Assembly (NCBI GenBank): GCA_046541415.1
Contig: JBKHDI010000010.1
Coordinates: forward strand, 4,284 to 68,283
DNA from: Phycisphaerae bacterium
GTDB taxonomy: Bacteria > Planctomycetota > Phycisphaerae > SM23-33
Length of the DNA stretch: 64,000 bases
Reading direction: 5' to 3'
Shown: in pieces, positions 40,399 to 50,641 of the stretch
How positions within the stretch are numbered: position 1 is the first letter of the stretch
How the letters are laid out: the number at the start of each line of letters is the position of its first letter
Made by a program: the position numbers and the translations under genes
The notes under the pieces: generated by a model
The model's input: only the letters and a program-made list of their open reading frames with translations
Told to the model about the DNA's origin: nothing
Databases searched by the model: none

Positions 40399-42768
40399 TC
40401 AGGCCGTCGTACCGGCTGTGGGCTGGGGCGAACTGCTCCTGCCGCTGCGCGGGTGTTTCTCAGCCGCCGATGGCTTTTCGCCTTCGGGCGTCGGGTAGGC
40501 AATGCGCGCGTGGTAGAAGCTGCAGAGACTCTTGACCAGCGAGACCTCGATCTCGTGGACTTCGCGGAGGGTCAGGTTGCAGCTGTCCAGTTGGCCGTCG
40601 GTCATCCGTCGGGTGACCATGGTGTGGACCTGGTTCTCGATCCGTCCGGGCGTGGGGTCGGACATGGAGCGAACGGAGGACTCTGCGGCGTCTGCGAGCA
40701 TGAGGATGGCGGCCTCGCGGCTGGAGGGCTTGGGCCCGGGATAGCGGAACTCGACTTCCTCGGGCAGGCGGTCGGAGCCCTTGTCCTTGCTCTGTTCGGT
40801 CGCAGCCCGGTAGAAGTACTGCACCAGCGTCTTGCCGTGGTGGGTCGAAATGAACTCGTGCAGCACGCGGGGCAGGCCGTACTCGCGGGCCAGTTCCAGC
40901 CCGTCCTTGACGTGCCCGATGATAATCAGCAGGCTCATCGCAGGCGACAGACGGGCGTGCTTGGAGTCGCCGTCGGCCTGGTTCTCGATGAAGTAGGGGG
41001 GTTTGTGGATCTTGCCGATGTCGTGGTAGTAGGCCCCCACGCGTGCCAGCAGCCCGCGGGCGCCGATGGCCTCAGCGGCCGCTTCGCACATCGCCCCCAA
41101 CTGGAGCGAATGGTTGTACGTGCCCGGCGCTTCCATCGCCAGGCGTTTGAGCAGGGGCTTGGAGGCGTCGCACCACTCCAGCAGGGTCATGCTGGTGGCG
41201 AAGCGATAGATGCGCTCGATCATCGGCAGCAGGCCCTGGAGCAGGAAGCCGACCAGCACGGCCGCAGCCAGGCCTCGCAGGGCGGAATCCAGCGTGAAGG
41301 TCCAGGGAATCGCCTCGACCCAGCCGATCAGCCAGACCCCGCCGGCCAGGGCTGCGCCGGATACCGCGGCGACGCGGATCAACTTGGTTCGCGACCGGAC
41401 ATCCTGCAGTTGCAGGATGGCCACGGCCGTGGCGCCCAGAAGCACCAGCAGCAACTGGATATCCCCGCGGAGAATCAGCACGAGCAGGGCGGCCTGGACG
41501 CTGCAGATGGTCAAGGCGAACCGCTGGTCGTAAACCAGCGATGCGATGGTCGCCACGATCAGCAGGCTGAAGATGGTGGTGTGCGGGTCCCAGGCCAACC
41601 CGTGGACGGTCAGGCGGGCGGCGATAAGCATCAGCAGCATGAGCATCAGCAGGGAGAATGCCCGCCAGTGGTTCTCGACGATCCGCCGGTAGTACTTGGC
41701 GACATAGGCAGCCAGCAGGGCCAGCAGGGCGGCGATCAATCCGCCCCGGCCCGCGAAGTAGCCGATCGCATCCAGCGGTGCAAGTGAGCGTCTCTGGTCG
41801 TGGTAGGCCTGGTGCTCGGCCTTGAGCAGCGACAGTTCCGAGGCCGTCAGCCCATCGGAGCGGACAGGCTCGAGCGGGCCCGGAGCGCTGGCCCGGGCCA
41901 GGACTTCCCCGGCCAGATGCTGCTCACGGAGGTAGGTCGGCAGCAGCTCGGGCTGGCGGGTGCGGACCCACTCAACCGACTGGCTGATCCGCAATTCGGT
42001 GGCCTCGGGGTCGAAGGTATACAGCGGGCCGGCGCGGCTGATCTGCCTGGCCAACCATTCCAGCACGCCTGCCCGGGCCGGCGGGGCCAGCGCTGTCAGT
42101 TCGTCACCGGCCTGGATGAGGGCCTTTTGCAGTTGCAGCGGGTCCTGGAGGACTACCAGGTCCTGAATGTTGATCCGCTCGACGCCATCGGGATGGGCCA
42201 GCAGGACTTCCTTGGCGGGCCTGGATCGCTGGCTGGCGGCCTGGTCGGAACGCACGACCGGAATCGAGGCGAACATGCGGCGGATCTGCTCTGCAGCCCG
42301 GGCGACCTCGGCGGGGGGCATGGTGCCCAGTTTTTCGCGGAGGGCAGCCAACTGTTCCGGGCCTGTCAGGTTGAACTGTTCGATCAGCTCCGGCCCGTCG
42401 ATCTGCTCGTCAGGCTGGGCCAAAGCAGCGGCCATCTGCTGCAGTTGACGGGTGACAGCCTGTGCAGTCGAGCCGGCGAATCGGAAGACCGCGGGCGTGA
42501 AATCCCGCGCCTGCTCGGCAGAACGCTTGGCCAGGAAGTTCAGTCGGGCGCGGATGTCGCGCGGCAGATACTGGCCTACGCGGTAGGGATCGGTTGGATC
42601 GACGGAGGCATCCAGCGCGACCAGCGCGGCGAAGAACGCCAACAGCAGAAGCAGCGCCCCGAGTCCGCCGGCCTGGCGGAACCGACGCCACCAGCCCAGT
42701 TTCTGGGCGGGGATATGCTTGCGGACCTCCAGGCGCCGTCGACGTACGTTTCGTTTAAAAGGCCACAT
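40399..42768 (-). CDS. 7TM-HD phosphohydrolase (PgpH-like c-di-AMP phosphodiesterase)
   Basis: Extracellular domain, about 7 TMs, EAPGTYNHS, YYHDIGK, HHGKT, FRYPGPKP, LADAAE; adjacent to phoH. Confidence 0.88.
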   Translation of the reverse strand: MWPFKRNVRRRRLEVRKHIPAQKLGWWRRFRQAGGLGALLLLLAFFAALVALDASVDPTDPYRVGQYLPRDIRARLNFLAKRSAEQARDFTPAVFRFAGSTAQAVTRQLQQMAAALAQPDEQIDGPELIEQFNLTGPEQLAALREKLGTMPPAEVARAAEQIRRMFASIPVVRSDQAASQRSRPAKEVLLAHPDGVERINIQDLVVLQDPLQLQKALIQAGDELTALAPPARAGVLEWLARQISRAGPLYTFDPEATELRISQSVEWVRTRQPELLPTYLREQHLAGEVLARASAPGPLEPVRSDGLTASELSLLKAEHQAYHDQRRSLAPLDAIGYFAGRGGLIAALLALLAAYVAKYYRRIVENHWRAFSLLMLMLLMLIAARLTVHGLAWDPHTTIFSLLIVATIASLVYDQRFALTICSVQAALLVLILRGDIQLLLVLLGATAVAILQLQDVRSRTKLIRVAAVSGAALAGGVWLIGWVEAIPWTFTLDSALRGLAAAVLVGFLLQGLLPMIERIYRFATSMTLLEWCDASKPLLKRLAMEAPGTYNHSLQLGAMCEAAAEAIGARGLLARVGAYYHDIGKIHKPPYFIENQADGDSKHARLSPAMSLLIIIGHVKDGLELAREYGLPRVLHEFISTHHGKTLVQYFYRAATEQSKDKGSDRLPEEVEFRYPGPKPSSREAAILMLADAAESSVRSMSDPTPGRIENQVHTMVTRRMTDGQLDSCNLTLREVHEIEVSLVKSLCSFYHARIAYPTPEGEKPSAAEKHPRSGRSSSPQPTAGTTA

Positions 42769-42809
42769 GGTTACCTGCTGATCGGGTCAACGCAGCTTCG
42801 ACGGACCGG

Positions 42810-43847
42810 TCAGGATCCCGACGGGTCGGTCCCGGCACCGCCGGCAGATTCCTCGTCCTGCTGGCCCTGGTCGGCATCCGACGTCTCCGCCTTCTCGCCC
42901 TGCTGCTGTCTGCCTATCGGATCGGAGCCATAGGCTTCTACGATATTCTGCACCAGCCTGTGACGGACGATGTCTCCGCGGGCCAGGGTGATGAACGATA
43001 ACCCCTTGATGCCGTTGAGCCTGCGGCGGGCATCGACCAGGCCGCTGTCGGCGCGGCGGGGCAGGTCGACCTGGCTGTCATCGCCGGTGACGATCATCTT
43101 CGAGCCGTGGCCCATCCGCGTCAGGAACATCATCATCTGCGGAACGGTGGTGTTCTGGGCCTCGTCGAGGATGATCACCGAATCGTTCAGCGTCCTGCCG
43201 CGCATGAAGGCCAGCGGAATCACCTCGATGACATCATTGGCCATGAAGCGGCGGATCTGGTCGTACTCCATCATATCGTGCAGGCCGTCGAACAGCGGGC
43301 GGAGGTACGGGTTGACTTTCGCCTGCATGTCTCCGGGCAGGAAGCCCAGCTTCTCACCGGCCTCGACGGCAGGGCGGACGAGCACCAGCCGCTTGACCAG
43401 GTCGTGCTTGAGCAGATGGACAGCCATGGCCACCGCCAGGTAGGTTTTGCCCGTCCCGGCAGGTCCGGTGCAGAAGACCAGGTCCTTGGTCTGCATCGCT
43501 TCGAGGTACTTGCGCTGGCCGGCCGTCTTGGGCTTGATCAACTGCCCGGCCGCGTAGACGTCCAGCAGGTCGCCGGCCTGTTTGCGGTTCTGCGTCGCAG
43601 CGGCGCTGATGGCTTCGACCACGGCGGATTCCGTCAGCGACTCCTGGCGGCGCAGGGCCCGCTGGAGTTGTTCCAGCACGGCTGCGGCGCGGGCGACGTT
43701 GGTGCTGTTGCCCGTTACCGTAACCTTGCCGTCGCGCGCGAACACCTGGACGCCCAGGGCCTCGCGGATCAGGCGCAGGTGACGGTCGGCCGGGCCGAAC
43801 AGGATCGCCCGTTTCTTCGGATTCTGCAGTGTAATGCTCAGTTCCAA
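42810..43847 (-). CDS. phoH: PhoH-family ATPase
   Basis: [46 protein letters not shown]. Confidence 0.95.
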   Translation of the reverse strand: MELSITLQNPKKRAILFGPADRHLRLIREALGVQVFARDGKVTVTGNSTNVARAAAVLEQLQRALRRQESLTESAVVEAISAAATQNRKQAGDLLDVYAAGQLIKPKTAGQRKYLEAMQTKDLVFCTGPAGTGKTYLAVAMAVHLLKHDLVKRLVLVRPAVEAGEKLGFLPGDMQAKVNPYLRPLFDGLHDMMEYDQIRRFMANDVIEVIPLAFMRGRTLNDSVIILDEAQNTTVPQMMMFLTRMGHGSKMIVTGDDSQVDLPRRADSGLVDARRRLNGIKGLSFITLARGDIVRHRLVQNIVEAYGSDPIGRQQQGEKAETSDADQGQQDEESAGGAGTDPSGS

Positions 43848-43985
43848 GAGCCACCTCCGGAAGGAGTCTTACTGTGGCAGGGTCGGGATATCAGCATAGC
43901 AGCCAGGCGGGAGCTTGCGTAGGGGCTGTACAAGGGAATTTTACGCGCCTGGGCAGGGAGAAGTTCGCCCTTTGGGCAGGTTTAC

Positions 43986-44023
43986 GAAAACAGCCGGGAC
44001 GACCCAAGTAGGATCGTCCCGGC
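43986..44023 (-). terminator. Intrinsic terminator after the prepilin gene
   Basis: GCCGGGACGA / TCGTCCCGGC stem followed by TGTTTTCG on the minus strand. Confidence 0.7.
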
Positions 44024-44066
44024 CGGTGTTCTCAATCAGATGGCCGCGAGGCGGCCCATCCGAAGG

Positions 44067-44813
44067 TCAGTTCGAGTCGGATTCCTGACCGTTTTCGCTC
44101 CACCCGTTGCCGATACCCCACCAGAGGGCGGAGTTCTCTTCTTCGTCGGCATCTCCACGGGCTTCGCTGAAGATGTTGTCGCCGTCCATGCCGAGTTCAT
44201 CGTAGCGCTTCTCGCCGGACCAGGTCACCGAACTGTTGACGTTCAGGTAGTTCACGCCGTCGGTGTGCGCTTCCGAGCCGGTCTCGCCGTCCTTGTTGTT
44301 CAGCGGACGGTCGGCCATGATCACCACGCCACCGGCGAGGTTGTTGCTCAGCCTGGCGTCGAACGAGTCGGTGGTCGGCTGGACCGCGTAGCTGGTGTTG
44401 CTCCAGGCGGTAAAGCCGTACTTGGCAGCGCCGCGATCGGGGTTGGTCACTTCGCTGTCTCCGGGGCACTTGAACTGGCCATCGGAGACGTTGCCTTCGT
44501 TGACCAGCAGCCAGTACGTCTGGATGGCGCAGTTTTGCACGTTGGCGTTGGTGAACAGGTCGTCCTTGTTGTTGACGGCGTTGGCATCGCCGTTCTGCGG
44601 CGTGCCACCGTCAGCCCCATTGTACGGGAAGCCGTTGTTGTCGGCTTCGTAGATCGCCAGGGCCTTGGGGAAACCGCTAAGGGTGGCGCCACAGGCTGTC
44701 CGGGCGGCCAGGGCGCGGGCCCTCTGGATGCTCGGCAGCAGGATCGAGACCAGCAGCGCGATGATCGCGATGACCACCAGCAGCTCGATCAGGGTAAAAC
44801 CTTTACGTCGCAT
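44067..44813 (-). CDS. Prepilin-type N-terminal cleavage/methylation domain protein (Planctomycete type)
   Basis: RRKG|[33 protein letters not shown], degenerate H-X9-DG motif; AAGGAG RBS. Confidence 0.9.
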   Translation of the reverse strand: MRRKGFTLIELLVVIAIIALLVSILLPSIQRARALAARTACGATLSGFPKALAIYEADNNGFPYNGADGGTPQNGDANAVNNKDDLFTNANVQNCAIQTYWLLVNEGNVSDGQFKCPGDSEVTNPDRGAAKYGFTAWSNTSYAVQPTTDSFDARLSNNLAGGVVIMADRPLNNKDGETGSEAHTDGVNYLNVNSSVTWSGEKRYDELGMDGDNIFSEARGDADEEENSALWWGIGNGWSENGQESDSN

Positions 44814-45250
44814 GATAATACTCCTTCATAGGTTCTCAGCCCCCATGGTTCGCTTCTTTCGAGCCATTCCAACACCCGAAGGTATGGAATGATCAGATAA
44901 TAGCTTCCAGTGCGGTTGGGCGTTGCAAAACTCGCTGGCCGCAAACCAACCAGGGCTGTTGGGTAAGTCCTGCCGGGACCATCCCGACAGAGAAGAACGG
45001 TAACATGTGTAAACCTTGCTCTATCCGCCGTCAACATCAGCAGACGACAGGTAGAGATGTTCCATGGGACGCAACCGGCAGGAGAACATCCTGCAGATTG
45101 CTCAGCAGAGCATCAGCCCCGCTGGCCTTGCACCGCGTCCGTGCGGGCTGTCCTGGCGATTCAGGCTCAAGCCGGCGAGGATGATGGGTATGATAGTTTT
45201 GAGAGCAGATAATTCTCGCTATCGTCCGACCTCGCCTGGTCGCCATCCGT

Positions 45251-45280
45251 ATAATATCCTCCCGGCAGGGGGGATGTCAA
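45251..45280 (-). promoter_or_regulatory. Sigma70 promoter facing the prepilin gene
   Basis: Minus strand TTGACA-N18-TATTAT. Confidence 0.55.
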
Positions 45281-45410
45281 CAGGTTCGGACGGTTTTTAC
45301 TGCGTCGACCGACACGCCGAGATCATTGACATCGGCCGGTCCCTTGGTTCTACTGCTTCACGAGGCCCCATCCTTCCATGGCAAGGCCCCAAGACCTCCA
45401 CGGAGAGCCC

Positions 45411-46847
45411 ATGACCGAGATCAGCGATATCCGACGGAAGCTGGAAACCTACGACCAGGAACACCTCCTGCAGTTCTGGGACCAGCTGGATGAACCAAGC
45501 CGCCAGAAGCTCCGCCAGCAGATCCAGGACATCGACTTCGAGCACCTCGACGAACGGATGAAACAGTACGTCCACCAGAGGCCCCAGCTGCACCTGGATA
45601 CATCCGAACTCCAGCCGCCCGAGGTCACCGGCGCCAAACCGGCCGATGATGCCCAGCAAGCCCGGTTCGACCAGGCACGCAGGCGCGGGCTGGAACTGCT
45701 GGCCGAGGGCAAAGTCGCCGCCTTCGTCGTCGCCGGAGGCCAAGGCACGAGACTGGGCTACGAAGGGCCCAAAGGCTGCTTCGAAGCCACGCCGGTCATG
45801 AAGAAATCCCTCTTCCAGGTCTTCGCCGAGCAGATCCTCGCCGCCTCCCGACGCAGCGGAAAGCCGATCCCCTGGTACGTCATGACCAGCCCGGCCAATG
45901 ACGTAGCCACCCGCGCCTTCTTCCGCCAGAACGAGTTCTTCGGCCTGGATTCCGACGACGTGTTCTTCCTGGTCCAGGGCACGATGCCCGCGATCGGCTA
46001 CGACGGCAGGCTCCTGCTGGCCGAGAAGGACAAACTCGCCCTGAGCCCCGATGGCCACGGCGGGTCGCTGCTGGCGCTGAAGCGCTCGGGCGCCCTGGAC
46101 GACATGAAGCAGCGCGGCATCGAGCAGATCAGCTACTTCCAGGTCGACAATCCGCTGGTCCACTGCATCGACCCGCTGTTCATCGGTCTGCACGAGATGG
46201 CCGGAGCCGAGATGTCCGCCAAGGCCCTGCCCAAACGCGACCCGATGGAGAAACTCGGCAACTTCTGCGTCATCGACGGCAGGGTCCACGTGATCGAATA
46301 CTCCGACATGCCCGACGAGTTGGCCGAGCAGACCACCGACGACGGCCGCCTGCGATTCAGCGCCGGCTCGATCGCCATCCACCTGATCGCCGTCTCGTTC
46401 CTGGATCGGCTGACCAAAACAGGGCGACTGGACCTGCCCTTCCACCGGGCAGAGAAGAAGGTCCCCTGCGTCGACCGCCAGGGCCAGCGCATCGAACCGC
46501 AGGAGCCCAACGCGGTCAAGCTGGAGATGTTCGTCTTCGATGCCATGCCCAAGGCCGAAGAAACCGTGATCCTCGAAACCCGCCGGGCCGAAGAATTCAG
46601 CCCCATCAAGAACGCCGAAGGCCCCGATTCGCCAGCCACCAGCCTGCACGACCAGATCCGCCGGGCGGCAGAATGGCTCGAAGCCGCCGGTGTGCAGGTC
46701 CCGCGCGACGCCGATGGACAGATCGCCGCGGCGATCGAAATCTCCCCACTGCTGGCCGACTCCGCCGCGGAGCTGGCCGAGAAGATCGATCCGGAGAAGG
46801 TGCACATCGTCTCGGGCAAGACGCTCTACCTGGAACCCGAGGACTGA
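45411..46847 (+). CDS. UDP-N-acetylhexosamine pyrophosphorylase, eukaryote-like (UDPGP type 1 family)
   Basis: AGGQGTRLG..GPKG, YVMTS, PDGHGG, QVDNPL, IEYSD, KLEMFVFD, EFSPIKN. Confidence 0.9.
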   Translation: MTEISDIRRKLETYDQEHLLQFWDQLDEPSRQKLRQQIQDIDFEHLDERMKQYVHQRPQLHLDTSELQPPEVTGAKPADDAQQARFDQARRRGLELLAEGKVAAFVVAGGQGTRLGYEGPKGCFEATPVMKKSLFQVFAEQILAASRRSGKPIPWYVMTSPANDVATRAFFRQNEFFGLDSDDVFFLVQGTMPAIGYDGRLLLAEKDKLALSPDGHGGSLLALKRSGALDDMKQRGIEQISYFQVDNPLVHCIDPLFIGLHEMAGAEMSAKALPKRDPMEKLGNFCVIDGRVHVIEYSDMPDELAEQTTDDGRLRFSAGSIAIHLIAVSFLDRLTKTGRLDLPFHRAEKKVPCVDRQGQRIEPQEPNAVKLEMFVFDAMPKAEETVILETRRAEEFSPIKNAEGPDSPATSLHDQIRRAAEWLEAAGVQVPRDADGQIAAAIEISPLLADSAAELAEKIDPEKVHIVSGKTLYLEPED

Positions 46848-46875
46848 TCGACAGAACGTGCGAAACGAGGCGAAC

Positions 46876-47742
46876 ATGCCGCCAAAACGCGTTGTGATAC
46901 TCGGCAACGAGGACCGCGCCGGTGTACCCGGACAGGTCGAGGAGTTCTGCCGGGGCTTCGGAAAGCTCGTCGAGATGGTCGGCACGTTCTCACCGCGCCA
47001 GGCTTTGCCCGACAAGGCCCTGCAGGCCGACCTGGCCATCGTCTTCGGCGGCGACGGAACCCTGCTGGGCGCCGCCCGGGCCCTGGCCGGGACGGACGTG
47101 CCGATCCTCGGGGTCAACATGGGCAAGCTGGGCTTCCTGGCCGAGTTCAACGTCGACCACATGGTCAAGCACTTCCAGCAGGTCCTCGACGGACACATCG
47201 AGACCACCGAACGCATGATGCTCCAGGCGACCGTCCGCTCGCGGGGCGTCGGCGAGGTCCGCTTCACCAGCCCGGTGACCAACGACGTGGCCATCTCGGC
47301 CGGCCCGCCGTTCCGGATGATCGATCTGCACGTCGCCCAGGATGACAGCCAGATCGCCCAGTATCTCGGCGACGGGCTGATCGTCTCCACGCCGACCGGC
47401 TCGACGGGTTATTCGATGTCCGCCGGCGGGCCGATCCTCGAACCCACGCTCCAGGCGATTGCCATCACCCCCGTCGCCCCGCACCTGCTTTCGGTCCGGC
47501 CCATCGTGGTCGGGGCCTCGCGGCCGATCACCATCACCGCGATGAGCGTCAACGAAGGCTCATCGTTGATCGTTGACGGCCAGGTGCACACGTCCCTGCA
47601 GATCGGCGACATCGTCGAGATCGCCCGGCGGGACAAACCCATCCGCATCCTCTCGCATCCGGGCAGGAGCTTCTTCGATACCCTCTCGCGAAAGCTGATG
47701 TGGGGTCTGAGCCCGCACCACCACCCCGACCGCCAGGACTGA
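46876..47742 (+). CDS. nadK: NAD kinase
   Basis: FGGDGT, GVNMGKLGFL, ND, GDGLIVSTPTGSTGYSMSAGGP. Confidence 0.94.
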   Translation: MPPKRVVILGNEDRAGVPGQVEEFCRGFGKLVEMVGTFSPRQALPDKALQADLAIVFGGDGTLLGAARALAGTDVPILGVNMGKLGFLAEFNVDHMVKHFQQVLDGHIETTERMMLQATVRSRGVGEVRFTSPVTNDVAISAGPPFRMIDLHVAQDDSQIAQYLGDGLIVSTPTGSTGYSMSAGGPILEPTLQAIAITPVAPHLLSVRPIVVGASRPITITAMSVNEGSSLIVDGQVHTSLQIGDIVEIARRDKPIRILSHPGRSFFDTLSRKLMWGLSPHHHPDRQD

Positions 47743-47811
47743 AACGCTATGCATTCGGCGGGTCTGCCCGCCTGGCCAGCCGTCCTCCAATCCGACCTCG
47801 GCCTTCCTCGG

Positions 47812-49110
47812 TCACTGCACCGACTTGAGCCACGCCTTGGCCAGTTCATCATGGGTCAGGCCCATCGCTTCCTTCAGGGCGTCGGCCTCGCTCTTGCCCG
47901 CCTTGTAGAGCTTGATGAACTGGATGAACCCTTCCTTGTCGCGGTGGATCATGTAACGGACCAGGCTCTGGGCGATGCCGTACCAGAAACCGTCCAGCGG
48001 CACGCCGTTGAAGATCGGACGGATGTCGACCTTGTTCTTGATCGCCGTTCTGGTCGCATCGATATACCTGGTCCGTGCAGAAGAGCCGTCTACCAGCTGG
48101 GCCGCCATCAACTCCGCGATACCCTCGTTGGCCCAGCTGGACACGTGCCGGTTGCTGATGTAGCGGCTGATGAAAGCGTGGGAGGCCTCGTGGACCAGCA
48201 GGGCCCGGAATTCCGTCTGGGTCGGCGCCCGGTTCAGGACGATATACCGCAGCGATCCCCGCGAGCTATGGTAGCCGCCGGCTTTGAGCATATGAGGGCT
48301 GCGCTGGCCAACCTGGTCGACCTCGGTGCAGAAGCGTCTGAAGTGCTCGGCCTCCCAGAAGACGTAGATCGGCAGCTTGCCCGCCCAGACGCTCTTTTTG
48401 CCGGGCATGTTGAACCGTTGCCGCATGGCCTTGTACATCGACTCGCAGAGCTTGGCCAGATCGTCGTCGAATTTCTTGTCCCAGGCGGAGTAGATCAGGA
48501 AGTTCGGCGTCTCGACCAGGTGCAGCGACGGTGCGAAGTTCTTGCGGGCCTGGGCGAACCATTCCTCGGCCGTGCGGTGGTTGGCATCGATCTGCGCCTG
48601 GGTGGTCGGGATCGTGGTCTGCCCGGTCGGGGCGGGGGGTTCCTCATCCTTGGCCTCGTTCTGGGCGCCATCGGTGTCTTTGCCCTGCTGTTGGTCGGGG
48701 CCGGCCGCTGCTGCCGATTCGACGATCTTCGTCACTTCGTCGGTCAGCGAATCATCAAGACGGACAATCCTGCGTTTCAGCAGGTTCACTTGCGCGGTCA
48801 GGTCATTGGCGGCCGCGAAGCGCAGGAGCACCAGCTGGCCCTTCGGATCGTCGCTCTTGACGGTTTTGGACAGGGCAATGAAGTAGCTGGTCGGCTTGAC
48901 ATCGGCGGCCGCGACGGTGATCGTCTCGTCCTTGAGGCGGACCTGGAGGGACTCTGCATCGCCGGAGAGCAGCACGCCGGGGATCGGCCTGCCTTCTTTC
49001 ATCAGAAGCAGGACGCGTCCGAAGTCGGCCGGCGGGTCGGCCTTGGCGGCCGGGGGGCCGGTCCAGACCAGCAGCAACACGCCGGACAGCAGCAGGGCTT
49101 TCTGTGCCAT
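47812..49110 (-). CDS. Secreted gluzincin-like metallopeptidase domain protein
   Basis: Signal peptide; VHEASH followed by WANEGIAE (HExxH...NEG). Confidence 0.7.
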   Translation of the reverse strand: MAQKALLLSGVLLLVWTGPPAAKADPPADFGRVLLLMKEGRPIPGVLLSGDAESLQVRLKDETITVAAADVKPTSYFIALSKTVKSDDPKGQLVLLRFAAANDLTAQVNLLKRRIVRLDDSLTDEVTKIVESAAAAGPDQQQGKDTDGAQNEAKDEEPPAPTGQTTIPTTQAQIDANHRTAEEWFAQARKNFAPSLHLVETPNFLIYSAWDKKFDDDLAKLCESMYKAMRQRFNMPGKKSVWAGKLPIYVFWEAEHFRRFCTEVDQVGQRSPHMLKAGGYHSSRGSLRYIVLNRAPTQTEFRALLVHEASHAFISRYISNRHVSSWANEGIAELMAAQLVDGSSARTRYIDATRTAIKNKVDIRPIFNGVPLDGFWYGIAQSLVRYMIHRDKEGFIQFIKLYKAGKSEADALKEAMGLTHDELAKAWLKSVQ

Positions 49111-49166
49111 GTAACAGCTCCTGTTTCTGCCTCAGTTCGCGCCGAGGCTGGTATCGGTCGGTTCGA

Positions 49167-50492
49167 TCAGCCCGCAGGGGAACGTTCCAAAACCTGGACG
49201 TCCGACCCGAACGTCTCCAGTTCCCCGACCCGGGCAGCGGGCAGGACCGCCTGTATGGTGGCAGCCTGTTCGTCGTAGTTCTCGCTCTCGACCGTGCCGA
49301 ACTGGGCGATGTAGTGCATCAGCTTGCCGTTTCGGTAGTTGGCCGAGAGCTTGACACGCAGGTTCTCTCCCGCCACGCGCCTGCGGACGGTTTCGATAAT
49401 CTCCTCTGCCCCTTCGCCGGTCCGGGCCGAGGCGAAGATCGCCTCGGGGTATTTCCGGGCCAGGACTGTCCGGATGGTCGGGTCTTTGATGCGGTCGATC
49501 TTGTTGAGCACGAGGATGCGGTCGGCATCGCGGCAGCCCAGTTCGTCCAGGACGTTCCAGACGGCCTGGATTTCCTGGTCGACGCGGGTGTGGCTGGCGT
49601 CGGCGACGTGGATCTGCAGGTCGGCGTAGATGACCTCCTCCAACGTAGCCCGGAAGCTGGCGACCAGGTGGTGGGGCAGATCGCGGACGAAGCCCACCGT
49701 GTCCGACAGCAGCACGTCGCGCATGGTGTTCAGGTCCCACTGGCGGGTCTTGGTGGCCAGGGTCGCGAAGAGCTGGTTGGCCACCAGCGTACCGGCCCCG
49801 GTCATCAGGTTCATCATGGTGCTCTTGCCCGCGTTGGTATAGCCGACCAGGCAGGCGCAGTAGGCCTCGGACCGGGCCTCGATGGCGCGTTTTTTGCGCT
49901 GGTCGATATCGCTGATCTGGCGCTTGAGGAAGCTGACGCGCTTCTGGACGAGGCGGCGGTCGGTCTCGATCTGTTTCTCGCCCGGCCCGCGCGTGCCGAT
50001 CCCGCCGCTGGCAGCCCCGGCCGCTCCGCCGCCGATGCGCTCCAGGTGAGACCACATGTTCTTCAGCCGCGGATAGGTGTACTCCAACTGGGCAAGCTCG
50101 ACCTGCAGGCGACTCTCGCGGGTACGGGCGTGAGCGGCGAAGATGTCGAGGATCAACTCCGAGCGGTCGATGATCTTCCGCCGGATGATCGCCTCGAGAT
50201 CGCGGATCTGGCCCGGCGAGAGGTCGTGGTCGAAAACCACCGTGTCGATCTCGTTCATCTCGGCGCGCTGGGCGATTTCCTCGGCCTTGCCCGTCCCGAC
50301 GAACAGGCCCGGATGCGGGCGCGTACGCTTGGCGACCATCTCGTCGACAACGTGGCCCCCGGCTGTCTTGGACAGGCTTCGAAGCTCGCCCAGCGGGTCC
50401 TGCGGGTCGGATGTCGAGTTCGGGAAGACAACCCCTGCCAGCAGGACGCGTTCGGCCTGCACCCCGAGTTCAGTACGAATCAGTTCAGCCAT
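49167..50492 (-). CDS. hflX: Ribosome-splitting GTPase HflX
   Basis: RGPGEKQIETDRR, GYTNAGKS, LFATL, DTVGF, NKID. Confidence 0.97.
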   Translation of the reverse strand: MAELIRTELGVQAERVLLAGVVFPNSTSDPQDPLGELRSLSKTAGGHVVDEMVAKRTRPHPGLFVGTGKAEEIAQRAEMNEIDTVVFDHDLSPGQIRDLEAIIRRKIIDRSELILDIFAAHARTRESRLQVELAQLEYTYPRLKNMWSHLERIGGGAAGAASGGIGTRGPGEKQIETDRRLVQKRVSFLKRQISDIDQRKKRAIEARSEAYCACLVGYTNAGKSTMMNLMTGAGTLVANQLFATLATKTRQWDLNTMRDVLLSDTVGFVRDLPHHLVASFRATLEEVIYADLQIHVADASHTRVDQEIQAVWNVLDELGCRDADRILVLNKIDRIKDPTIRTVLARKYPEAIFASARTGEGAEEIIETVRRRVAGENLRVKLSANYRNGKLMHYIAQFGTVESENYDEQAATIQAVLPAARVGELETFGSDVQVLERSPAG

Positions 50493-50641
50493 AAAATCCT
50501 TATGCACCTCCAGCGGTTCGTGGACATTATACTATATAACGTTTCGCGCCGCAGGTTGGTTTTTCGTCAATCTCTCGCACCTCCCGGGTCGTTGCGGTAG
50601 GATGTCGGCCCACCGGAGCACGCCAGAGACAGGAGTTTTCG

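Noticed and set aside
45060-45085. GGGACGCAA resembling part of a c-di-GMP-I riboswitch
   Set aside because: The upstream GGCAAAC/GAAA elements are missing, and it is on the wrong strand for the prepilin gene.
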